NCBI GenBank assembly: GCA_021613535.1
Contig: CP075492.1
Coordinates: 6,696,001-6,760,000, forward strand
Length of the DNA: 64,000 nt
Direction of reading: 5' to 3'
From: Adineta vaga
Taxonomy: Eukaryota > Animalia > Rotifera
Made by a program: the position numbers and the translations under genes. A model generated the notes under the pieces. That model made no database searches. It was not told the origin of the DNA and was given only the letters and a program-made list of their open reading frames with translations. Shown here piece by piece: positions 50,801 through 61,993 of this stretch (position 1 is its first letter; each line of letters starts with the position of its first letter).

Positions 50801-51538
50801 CACGATATTTTGGTGTGCCAGTTGTCGTTGCAATTAATCGATTCAAGTAAATTCGTAGTATTTTTCTTAGAATTGAATTTTAGTCAATGTTTCAATATTG
50901 AATAGAACGGACACACAAGCAGAAATTGATTTAGTTAAACGTATTGCAATTGAAAATGGAGCATTTGATGCTGTTATGGCTAATCATTGGGCAAAAGGTG
51001 CGAGGAAAAATTTCTCTTGGAAAATCTTAATATAAAGCTTGTTTATTTCTAGGAGGAAGTGGAGCAATTGATTTAGCTCGTGCTGTTGAAAAAGCGTGTT
51101 TAGAAAAACCTGATTTCAAATTTTTATATGAACTAAAAGTAAAGATATTCTTTCGACACGATTCAACTCTATTTTATATATTTCATAGTTATCTATTGAA
51201 GAAAAATTCGTATTATTGCTTGTAAAATCTATGGAGCCGATGATATTAAACTATCGGAAATGGCTGAAAAACGTATTGAATTATTTACTAAACAAGGTTT
51301 TAATGATCTACCTATCTGTATGGCTAAAACTCATCTATCATTATCACATGATCCATCATTAAAAGGTTGTCCAAAAGGTTTTACTTTACCTATACGTGAT
51401 ATTCGTGCTAGTATTGGTGCTGGATTTCTATATCCATTGGTTGGCGAAATGTCAACTATTCCAGGTTTACCGACTCGTCCATGTTTCTATGATATTGATA
51501 TTGATCCAGTTACCGAGGAAATTTATGGACTTTTCTAA
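47858..51538 (+). CDS. MTHFD1: Trifunctional C1-tetrahydrofolate synthase; many exons
   Basis: [107 protein letters not shown]. Confidence 0.98.
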
Positions 51539-51843
51539 TGTCATTTTCTCTTTTGTGTCAACGTTTTTCATTTGTTGTGACATCGATTTTTTTTCTCAGT
51601 AGATATTTATTAGATAGATTATATGGTGATGGTAAAACAATTTTGTTGTATTTTAGATGAAAAAACATCTGAGAAATAAGATAGATGTCGAAATTTTCGA
51701 TTAAAATTGCAAAAATCTAATCTGATAGAACGAAACGATTTCATAAAAATCACAAATGTTTACATGTTTCATTCTAATTATAAGCAAATATTGATTAAGT
51801 TTAAAACTATTCAAAGATATAATTCATTGCCTTTATTTTCCAG

Positions 51844-53988
51844 ATGGCTACTTCAATTGAAAATGAATTAACTCAAAAACTAGAAGTCAGTAATATTCAA
51901 CCAAAATCATCTGGAAAAGATACTGCTGATGTCATCAAAAACCAAGCTAATGAAGCATTTAAAAGTAAATCTTTGTATATGTTATTTTTCTCCTTCAATT
52001 TACAATTGTTTGACATAGACTGTGATTATGAGAAAGCTATTGAACTTTATACAAAAGCAATCGAAGTTCATCCAGATGCAGTTTTATATTCGAATCGAAG
52101 TTTTGCTTATCTTCGTCGAGAATGGTATGGTTATGCATTGATCGATGCAAAGAAAGCTTTGGAATATGATCCAAAATATATCAAAGTATTCTATAGATTA
52201 TTCGAATATACGATTTGGTATACTTTCCTTTTCTATTCAGGCATATTATCGACGAGCATCTGCCTACATGGCATTAGGAAAATATTCATCCGCTTTATCT
52301 GATTATGAATATGTAAGTCAGATTATATTCTTTGGAGAAAAAATAATAATTTTTATAACTTTCTGGAATAAGGTAACAAAAGCATGTCCAAATGACAAAG
52401 ATGCGAAATTGAAATATGATGAATGTAAAAAAATCGTAACACGTATTCGATTTGAAAAAGCAATTGCTGTTGATGAATCAACAAAATCTGTTGCTAATCA
52501 AATTGATCTTGATTCCATGAGTATGTTATAAATACAATAAGAAAGAATAAGAAATGCGAGCATATATTTGAATTTATTTAGCAATTGAATCAGATTATGA
52601 TGGTCCACATTTAGAAGGTGATATTCGTGTGACAAAAGCATTCATGGAAGCACTTTTACCATATTTTGAAAAAGAAAAAAAACTTCATAAAAAATATGCT
52701 TATCAAGTTTGTTCAAAGGCTATCTCTTGAAAACAATGGACGTTTTCGTATTTAGATTGTTCTACAAATACTTTCATTGTTTAAATCATTACCAACTTTA
52801 ATTGACATTACCGTACCATCGGTAAGTTAATAGGTATGAATTTTTAATTCTTAGAAAGAGAAAAAATCGATTTAGAAACATAAATTTACTATTTGTGGTG
52901 ATATTCATGGACAATTTTATGATCTATTGAATATCTTTAAATTAAATGGTTTACCTTCTGAAAAGAATCCATATGTAAGTTCAATGGGGTTTTTATTTTC
53001 TTTCTATAAGTTGAATATTTTCATTTTGTAGTTATTCAATGGAGATTTTGTTGATCGAGGTTCATTTAGTATGGAATGTATTCTTACTTTATTTGGATTT
53101 AAATTACTCTATCCAAATCATTTCTTTCTTGCTCGAGGTAAAATTGATAATGAATTGAAAATGATATGTCATTTACATTCGTTTTTGTAGGAAATCATGA
53201 ATCAATAACAATGAATCAAATGTATGGTTTTGAAGGTGAAGTTAAAGCAAAATATACAGTTCAAATGTTCCAATTATTCACAGAAGTATTCAATTATTTA
53301 CCATTATGTCATTGTATTAACAATAAAGTTCTGGTGAGTTGTCAGACCTATAATTAGAAAAACCTTTTTTCAACATTAGAATCTTTCTAAAAAAATATAG
53401 AACTAAAAGTCTCGTTTTTTCGAATGTTTAGATAATGCATGGTGGATTATTTAGTAAAGATGATGTAACATTGAAAGATATTCGTGCTGTTGATCGAGTT
53501 CGACAACCACCGGAAGATGGTATAATGTCGGAATTATTATGGAGTGATCCACAACCACAATATGGACGATCCGAAAGCAAACGGGGTGTTGGTAAATATA
53601 ACCAAGAATTCGAAATGTTCAATCCATATCGTCATATTTCTTCTAGGTCTTCAATTTGGACCTGATGTTACTGAACGTTTCCTTAAATTGAATAATTTAG
53701 AATACATTGTCCGAAGTCATGAAGTTAAACAAGAAGGCTATGAATTAGCTCATAATAGTAAGGATAGAACATTTTCCTTCTTCTTATTTTCATATTTGAA
53801 TTTTAGATAAATGTATAACAATATTTTCGGCACCAAATTATTGTGATACAATGGGTAATAAAGGTGCTTTTATAACTATCACTGGTGATGATGTTACACC
53901 AAAGTTTACATCCTATGCTGCTGTACCACATCCAGCAGTTCGACCAATGATGTATGCAAATCAATCATCCTTGTTTGGTTTGATGTAG
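51844..53988 (+). CDS. PPP5C: Serine/threonine protein phosphatase 5 (TPR + PPP catalytic domain)
   Basis: [25 protein letters not shown]; [36 protein letters not shown]; C-terminal [12 protein letters not shown]. Confidence 0.98.
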
Positions 53989-54433
53989 AATATTCTAGCA
54001 AATCACGATCGAGTTTTTTTCTTCTTCAAAATGAATATTAAAATTTATCCGGTGGTTCCTTTTCGTTTTGTTTTTGCTGTCTTTTTTTTTATACCTTGAC
54101 ATGTGTTTTTTTTTCGTTCCTTTTCTTTCCAAATTCTAACTTGTGCTAATCAAAATCGTGTGCCATGTCGATCTCATTTGAGACATGTTTCATAAATTTT
54201 GATACAGCTCTTGAATTTTCTTCGTTTTTTTTTTATACGAGATTTTTCTTATTCATCAAATAAACAGAAACAAAAAGGAATGATCGAATAACGAGATTGT
54301 CTATATGAATGTTCTTTCATCTTGTTAATTGTATAGAAGAAAAACAAACATTTGTTCATATATTTGATTTGTTGAATAAAAATATAGTTCAACAAACATA
54401 GAATCGAAAATGTTAAGTTTCGTATTGATATAT

Positions 54434-55740
54434 TCATTCGAATAAATATGGTTCAACTTTAATTTCCAATCGTTGAACATTTAGTGGATCAATAGATACT
54501 GTTCGAACATCATGAGCTAGAAATTCACAAATAATTCAATCATTTTTCTCAAATCATTTTACCTGTTTGATCATTTGCAATCGATAGAATGAACGGAGTT
54601 GCCAATTGTTTTGCAAAGATATATCCTTTATAGAGATTTTTATTTCGATTATGATACCATGTACGAATAAGATTTTTATTAATACATTGATGATTAATAA
54701 AATATTGTAACAAAAATGTCATCATTTCTTCTGCAGGTATTTCACCTTTTTTATTCGATTTGAATATTGAATGTACTGAGTCTTCTTTTGCAATGACCTT
54801 GATATAATGAAAAAATCCTTGAATACCATATAAGATTTCATAGTTAAACGTACTATTGGTAAGATATTTTCGAATTGTAAAGATATGTTCATTGAGAAGA
54901 AGAATTTTATCGTTTAATTTCGATTTTTTATACCAAGCACCAAGATATGAACAAACTAGAGTAGCTAATCGAAAATTGGAACCTTGACTCTAATAAAAAG
55001 AAGAAGGATTTATGAAATATATGATTATGAATAGTTTTATTCACTTCAATATACGTATGAATATCATTTCGAGCTTGTTCGATTGATGAAAGACTTGCAA
55101 ACAATTGAACAAGTCGTCGAAAAGGAACACATGCTACTGTTCTAGACGTATTCGATGATATCTTCTTTTTTGCTTTTGATAAAACGATCTGTTCTTTATC
55201 TGGGCTTGTTGAATGCTGTTGGATTGGATTCGTATTTGAATTCGAATCAGTTTCCGGTAATGTTATAAATCCAGGAAAGTGTTTTTCACTTTCATTTCGT
55301 ACATTTTCTATTGTTTGTTTAATGTAATTAAGTGCACCTATACTAATATTTTGTTGACGTTTCATTTCATCTAATTGTTGTCGAGCATCTTGATCTAATG
55401 TTTGTAATAATTGATGACAAAGTTGTTCAGCTTTTTGTTGCTGAGCTGTAACTGTTTCTAATCGATTTGTGTAGATTCCTTCGATTCGATTGAATTGTTC
55501 TTTTCGCCAACTATCTAATGATGATAGAATACGAGTAAAAGTGAATTTAGTTTTTTCGGATGCTTCTTTCAGACGTTGAGATGTTGTTTCTAATTCATTC
55601 GAAAGTTTTCCAACATCACGAAAAATCATTTGATTATGTTCAGTTATATGCGAAATACATAATCGAAGATTACAATGAAGACATATAGCTGATTGAAAAT
55701 TTCTACATGAAGATTTATCTTCACAAAGATAAGTTGCCAT
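54434..55740 (-). CDS. B-box zinc finger + coiled coil + W2-like domain protein, paralogue A (exons 55740-55045, 54989-54563, 54516-54434)
   Basis: C-x5-C-x7-C-x2-C-x4-C-x2-H-x3-H, then a coiled coil. Exon 2 encodes ILYGIQGFF..MMTFLLQYFINHQCINKNLIRTWYHNRN..KGYIFAKQLATPFILSI (W2-like). Confidence 0.8.
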
Positions 55741-55972
55741 TATGAGAAATTTAAATCAACGTAGAATCTAAAATATCATTCGAGTAAACGAATCAGTGAA
55801 AGAGAAAAAGAAACTGTCACAAGAATGTTTTGTTTACTTTATATTTATAATATATAATCTCTTCAAGATGAAAATGTATTTATTTTGTCATTCTGTCAGT
55901 GTCGAACAGTCACAGTAGAAAAACAACGATATAGTTCTCTTTCCTTTTTCAGTCAAAGTCACTATAAATGTA

Positions 55973-56282
55973 CCAGCGAGACCTGCGGTGCATACTGCAC
56001 CGCTACCTTCTGTCTTCAATGGAGACTATCGAACGTTTCAAGTGACACTGGAAAACAGCCATAGAAATATTATATATTAAGCTCGATAGTTTCACAGCCT
56101 CCCACTCCTATATCTTACATACCTTTAAAATTGAAGGACCCTGAACCTATAGCACTATTCAGTCAATACTTGATCATCTGTTGAATTACTTCTTTCCAAG
56201 TCAATACGTATCTTAGTATAATATCTGTTCAGGATCTACCGACACCTCTATACAATAGTCCTTCCCGATCTTTCAGTACTCA
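55973..56282 (-). mobile_element. Helitron-like 3' terminus, copy 1 (element probably extends to at least ~56900)
   Basis: Minus strand reads hairpin GCGGTGCA-GTA-TGCACCGC, 8 nt, then CTGG|T (CTRR followed by host T). 310-bp direct repeat of 58824-59133. Confidence 0.75.
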
Positions 56283-56875
56283 GATATAACAGTTCTTCAG
56301 GACCTACGGATATTGTGACAGTATGTAGTGTTCAGAACCTATCATTACATCTATAGAGTATCTGGCGTCAAATTTTGGATACCTCCATACAACATACATT
56401 TAGGACTTATCGTCAGCTCCATTATGTATTTGGTTTGGTTCCATCAATGCGAATACAATACGATCCTTGAAGACCAATGGATAGCCCAACTCCTATAGCA
56501 TATCCTTGACGATCTATGACTGTTCTCACAATACAATATTTAGTGCCTATAGATACCATTCATGGGATATCGCTGAGGACTTATCACCATTTTCAGAACA
56601 AAGTACTTTGGAACTCATTGCCATTCATGTATATAATACCTTCGAGTCTACGGCACCCCTTATTGTAGTACTCGGGAACCTATAGATACTCTCACAATGT
56701 AGCACCTGGGAATCGATGATCAACTCGAAACTACGCTACTTGGAGATCTACCAGTATGTCCGTCATATCGTACTTCGGACTCTGTGGTGATCCTCATGAT
56801 ACTGAACTGTGGGATCTATGTGAATCACTATTCGATAGCCTTTAGGTGTCGGTAACTATCCTCATGTAAAGCATC
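56225..56875. repeat. Highly degenerate ~34-bp tandem array (about 19 units) inside the Helitron-like element
   Basis: A core resembling RAYCTA recurs at 56233, 56267, 56301, 56336, 56404, 56472, 56511, 56544, 56578, 56612, 56645, 56677, 56711, 56745, 56779 and 56813, mostly at 34-nt spacing. Confidence 0.7.
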
Positions 56876-57209
56876 GTGCAACACTGTTCGGATAGCTTCA
56901 AAAAACGTTTAACCTTTCCATGTGTTTTTTATAATAGCTTCTGGAAAAATCCAGACACCTCTATGATATTCGAGAACATTCTAGAATCCATATTCTCCTG
57001 GACCCTTGACCCGGCGCAGAGAAAGGCACACACACACTGAACATTATATATAAGAATTCGTCACTATCATCCACTATTTCGTCTAGTCTGCTTATTTTCT
57101 TTCTCTCTTCGATTTTCCGTCGCTCTTCGATATATAAAGGAAACAACGTGGAATGAAAACACTTCATTCATTTTTTTCCACTGTTTCTTTTCCATTCTAG
57201 ATAACAAAA

Positions 57210-58178
57210 ATGTCTTGTTCAACAACGGAAGGTAATAAGCCAATTAGATGCTTTTTGTGTGATACAAAAGAGGTACAAAACGTTGGATATTTTTAAAGAA
57301 TTTAAGCGAAGTTTATATCATAATGTCTATTTTAGAATCTTTATGAATGTGTTGAATGTAACTTGATAGCGTGCAACCATCTGCAAAAAGACCATTTCTT
57401 TCAGTATGTACCTTTTGTTATGTTACTAATAAAAACAACTTGTTTCTTTACAGGCATTATTTAGATACAAATCATGGTGAAGGTATTGATTTAAATGATA
57501 ACAGAAGATATGATGTTTTGTGGTGTATTTTAAAATCAAATGAAAATTATATCCAAAAAAAAGCTGAAGATGCATGGTTCAATCTCGTTTGGACAAATGA
57601 ACCACTTATATTACCATCAACTGAAAAACAGAAACATAATAAAGATATCAAGAAAAATGAAGAAATTCATAAACTGAATCAAATTGTTCAACAAAAAGAT
57701 GAAGAAATTAATCGCCTGAACCAAAACATGACGAAGGTAGTGCAAGAGAAAGAAAACAAAATTGAACAAACTGTGAAGGAGCTGCAAGAAAAAGAAAACA
57801 AAATTGAACAAGTTATGAAAGAAGTGCAAGTACAAATGGCGTACAACGAAAAATTGAAAAAGAAAACTGATCGTATGGAAAATCAATACAATGAAGAAAG
57901 ATCTTTGAACGAAGAGATGAGAAAGAATCAAAATGATCTTAAAGATCACATTGGAAAAAAAGACGAAGTGAGTGTTTCTATCAAAAAATGCATTTTTGAC
58001 GTTTTTTTTTATATACTAGGAAATCAAAGAAATGCAAGACGAATTAAGAGATATACGATTCCATCTTGCGGGTGGAAAACATTTGCAACATACATTAGGT
58101 GAAGAAAGTGCAACCGCAAGTATTAGCGTTGCGTATTCATCAAATAAAAGATCTAAACATGATCAACGAAAAAAATAA
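57210..58178 (+). CDS. Truncated BRAP2/IMP-like protein: ZnF-UBP + coiled coil, no RING (exons 57210-57272, 57336-57403, 57454-57967, 58020-58178)
   Basis: RCFLCDTKE|NLYECVECNLIACNHLQKDHFFQ|HYLDTNH resembles the BRAP ZnF-UBP (CFECGVQENLWICLICGHIGC..HAYKHFEETQH). KKDE|EIKEMQDELRDIRFHL..basic tail resembles the BRAP C-terminus (EIQEQLRDVMFYL..KGRSKRGK). Confidence 0.78.
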
Positions 58179-58823
58179 AAAAATCATTATTGTTTTATTT
58201 GTTTTCTTCTATTTTGTTATACAATTATTTTCTGTTAACGACAATCTTTTCAAATAAAATATAATTACTATTGTTGAGAAAAAAATTAGTTTTCTAATTC
58301 AAGATATGAATCAAAAAGAGATAATGATCGTACAGAAAACGGTGTTGATATTTTATATAGAACATTGACATCACCACATCTTGTATGCTAGACTTTTTCG
58401 TTTCTAATAAAAAACATTTTAGTAATAAAAGCAATATTTTTATTGAGTATGAATCCAATAATAATTTCTTTTACAATGATTTTTTTGTGATGGTGTTATT
58501 TGTAATTATTTTCTTACGTTTTGAACTAATAAACATCAATTATTCTTCTGATAACCAAATTTGTGTTTTAAAAAATCAGTATGTTCTTTCTACGACTTTT
58601 TTTTTATTTAGAATATTTTAATGAATTATCATTATTAACCGGCAAAGGAAAATTTGATTTTAATAATAATAATAATTCAACATTCTCTTCTCTTGATCTT
58701 TTACAAGAATTACCTCACATTCATTCTTTTTTTTCAAAGTAACTTTTATATTCCAAAAACTTTTGTATCAATCGATTTTGAAATTTAACAATACTTTGTA
58801 CTTTCAATGAACATTATATTCAA

Positions 58824-59133
58824 CTAGCTAGACCCGCGGTGCATACTGCACCGCTACCTTCTGTCTTCAATGGAGGATATCGAACGTTTCAGGTGACACT
58901 GGAAAACAGCCATAGAAATATTATATATTAAGTTCGATAATCTCACAGCCTCCCACTTCTATGTCTTACATATTTTTAAAATTGAAGCGCCCTGAACCTA
59001 TAGCACTATTCAGTTAATACTTGGTCATCTGTTGAATTACTTCTTTCCAAGTCAATACGTATCTTAGTATAATATCTGTTCAGGATCTACCGACACCTCT
59101 ATACAATAGTCCTTCCTGATCTTTCAGTACTCA
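58824..59133 (-). mobile_element. Helitron-like 3' terminus, copy 2
   Basis: Same hairpin (58836-58854), 8 nt, then CTAG|T on the minus strand. About 18 substitutions and no indels versus copy 1 over 310 bp (manual count). Confidence 0.78.
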
Positions 59134-59286
59134 CCGTTAGAACCATATTTCTTATTAACGATCAAAAACGTTTGAGACAAGTCAATATCCTTTAATCAGT
59201 TAATTGTCTTATTTATTTGTCAAACTATTGAAAATTTTTATTTTATAATAAATTTGTCTTTTCCACGAATTGTATTTCGTTTTTAT

Positions 59287-60654
59287 TTATTCACATGTTT
59301 GTTCTTGATGTTCATCAACACTTTGTTGCATTGGAGTTGCCTGTGCAGCTGTTTCTAAAATCAAATCATTCGAATTTTATTTATTCGCAAAAAAATTTCA
59401 TTACCCGTCTTTGGCGCCCATAAAGATTTAATAAATGGTGCCGTCATTTGTTTTGCTCCATCGAAACCTTTATAAGAATACTCATTTTTATTATGATACC
59501 AATAAAAGATTTGATTTCGATTCAAACATTTACTATCCACAAAATATTGTAATATAAAGGTCATTAATTCTCCTAGAGAACGAAAAATTTATCAAAATGA
59601 ATGTTTAATTCATTTTTCTTTACTTTTATTTCCTTCTATTCGTTCATTATAAAAGAATGCATGTATACCAATTAAAACAGTATAATCATTAGGATCATGT
59701 GAAATATGTTTCATAATTGTTGACATATATTCTTTGAGTATAATATTCTTTTCATTCACATTCGAATTTCGATACCAAGCTGCTATATACGATGCAACAA
59801 CATTCGGTAATGGTAAACTACCCTCTTGTCCCTTTTGAAAAGAAAAAGAAAAGAATTTTCGGAATTTGTTTATACACCTACTTTGATATAATCATCGAGG
59901 TCGATTTTATTCTGTTCAATATTTGTCGTAATTCCAAACAATTCAACAAGACGTTTATATGATCGAAATCGTCGAAGATTGATATCATAGAGAGATGATA
60001 AACTGCCGATTAATCGTCTTCCTCGATGTGTTTTACCATCACCTGGGATTAGAAGAAGAAGAAAATATCAGAATGAGTTCTAGTGTCGATAAAATTCATA
60101 CTTGATGAAGAAACTTGTTTAGAAGCTTGAAATTCAGCTGGTTCACCCATTTGTTTATTTAATATTGGCCCAAGAAAATTCCATTTTAATTCTTTACTTT
60201 TCTCCTGTACACGTTTGATAGTTTCTTGTACCTGTTCTAAACCTCCCGAATTAGCACTATGTTGAGTTTGCATAGTTTGCAATGGTTGTCGAACTTCTCG
60301 ATCAAGCAAATCAGTTAATTCTTGATGAATAAGATTTACAGTTTCTTGTCGTGATTCGATACATTGTAAATGATGTTCATAGATCTGTCCTATTTTTTCT
60401 AATTGTTTTGCACGCCAATCATTAACAGTTGTAAGAATATTTTGATAGATTTCTCGTGTTTTCTCATATTCATTGTTGATATGTTGAACAATTTCTTCGG
60501 CTTCTTTCGTTATTTGTTGATGATTGTCTAAATTTAGTTGACTATGTTCGGTTATATGTAATACACATAATCGACGATTACAATGTAAACAAATAGCAGA
60601 TTGAAAACTTTTACATGTTGACGATTCTTCACATAGAAAACTTTCCATATTCAT
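59287..60654 (-). CDS. B-box zinc finger + coiled coil + W2-like domain protein, paralogue B (5 coding exons)
   Basis: CEESSTCKSFQSAICLHCNRRLCVLHITEH; coiled coil; spliced NEKNIILKEYMSTIMKHI..VLIGIHAFFYNE..K|RELMTFILQYFVDSKCLNRNQIFYWYHNKNEYSYKGFDGAKQMTAPFIKSL. Confidence 0.8.
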
Positions 60655-61993
60655 ACTGAAAAAAACACACAAATGAAACGGACAACATATAAAATATATG
60701 GTGGGTGCGAGGTGTCACACAGAAAAGATATTGCGACTTGTTTATATCAAAGGTATTCAACGACTCATATATGAAACATGGACAAAAATGCGAATTTCTG
60801 ATGCGTATCGTCACTTTCTTTTTCTCGTTCTATTCAAGTTATTCAGTGAACAATCACAAGAAAGAGAAGGTTTTTGTATACAAAATACAGACTTGAATAT
60901 AGCTCATTAACCTATATCACAAAAAACTTCAAGGGAATGCGCACATAAGATAAGAAAACTTGTTCTCAATAAATATATATTCAGAGAATTATCTTTATGT
61001 ATCGATGCTGGGACTCCATCACGTTTTCTTAAGTGTGATCTTATTTCTTCAAAATAGACCAATAGAACAAAATCGTGTTACGCATCATTGATTAAAATCA
61101 TAGATCAGATATGCACATTTTCTACAACACGAACGATTCAATCGTTTATCAATAGTAAAAAATTATACTAGAAACCTTCAATTTTTCATCTGATTCGTAG
61201 TAACAATAGTTACTAGTTTTCTTCTTTTCATACTCAGGTCATATCATTGTTAATTTGGTTGTCATAAATATCAAGATACAATGGATTAAGATAGATAAGA
61301 CTTATAAAAATATGATAACACACGGTGCATGAAATAAGATCTAAGTACCAATAATTTGAACATTATTACAGTGCTCTTTTTTCTATATAAAGAAGCATTC
61401 TGATGATGTAAAATTAGTTTTGACATGTAAAAAGATCGATCGTGTATGTATCTAAAACTATGTACTCATGCCAATGTATTTTGCAATCAACCGTATTATT
61501 ACGGTTTAGCATATGTATTCGACAAAATTTATGCAATATAGTCAACGTACAGGATAAATCCAAAGGCACTTCATTTTAATTTACAAAACATTGTCATCTT
61601 GGAAATTCCGAATATTTGTAATTACATGAAAAATCTTTTAACTAACATCAAACATTGTGATTATTATATGACAACTTTTTCAATCGTACCGATTGTGGCG
61701 CTATTAACACATTCTATTTTAAAAATAAAACCTGGCTGGTTAAACCGACACATAATTTTTTCTCCTTCTTCTCTCCCAATCGTGCTGTTTTTTCTTAACT
61801 GCTTACATATACACGTGTTAAGTTGCTTGATGCGAATAGATCGGTATATGACTCATTTAAGTTAAAACCTTATCACTCCATGAAGTAAACAGGGAAAAAA
61901 CGTTTCGTATTATTCAAATTTTCTTTTAGATACACTTTTAATTAAACGATTCATCAATTAAGTGATTGGTATCGATACATCTTTCATACAACT

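Noticed and set aside
56225-56875. The 34-bp periodic array as a CRISPR-like repeat-spacer array
   Set aside because: Eukaryotic context, no identical repeats, conserved core only ~6-12 degenerate nt, and no cas genes.
57617-57949. 110-aa Phe-rich minus-strand ORF
   Set aside because: Antisense shadow of the Lys/Glu-rich coiled-coil exon.
55973-59133. The 310-bp direct repeats as LTRs of a retrotransposon
   Set aside because: No shared TG...CA termini, no PBS/PPT, no TSD and no gag/pol. The hairpin + CTRR|T ends fit Helitrons better.
61489-61506. Small hairpin aaccgta-ttat-tacggtt as another Helitron end or ncRNA
   Set aside because: AT-rich 7-bp stem, no CTRR at the expected distance, and no second copy in the window.
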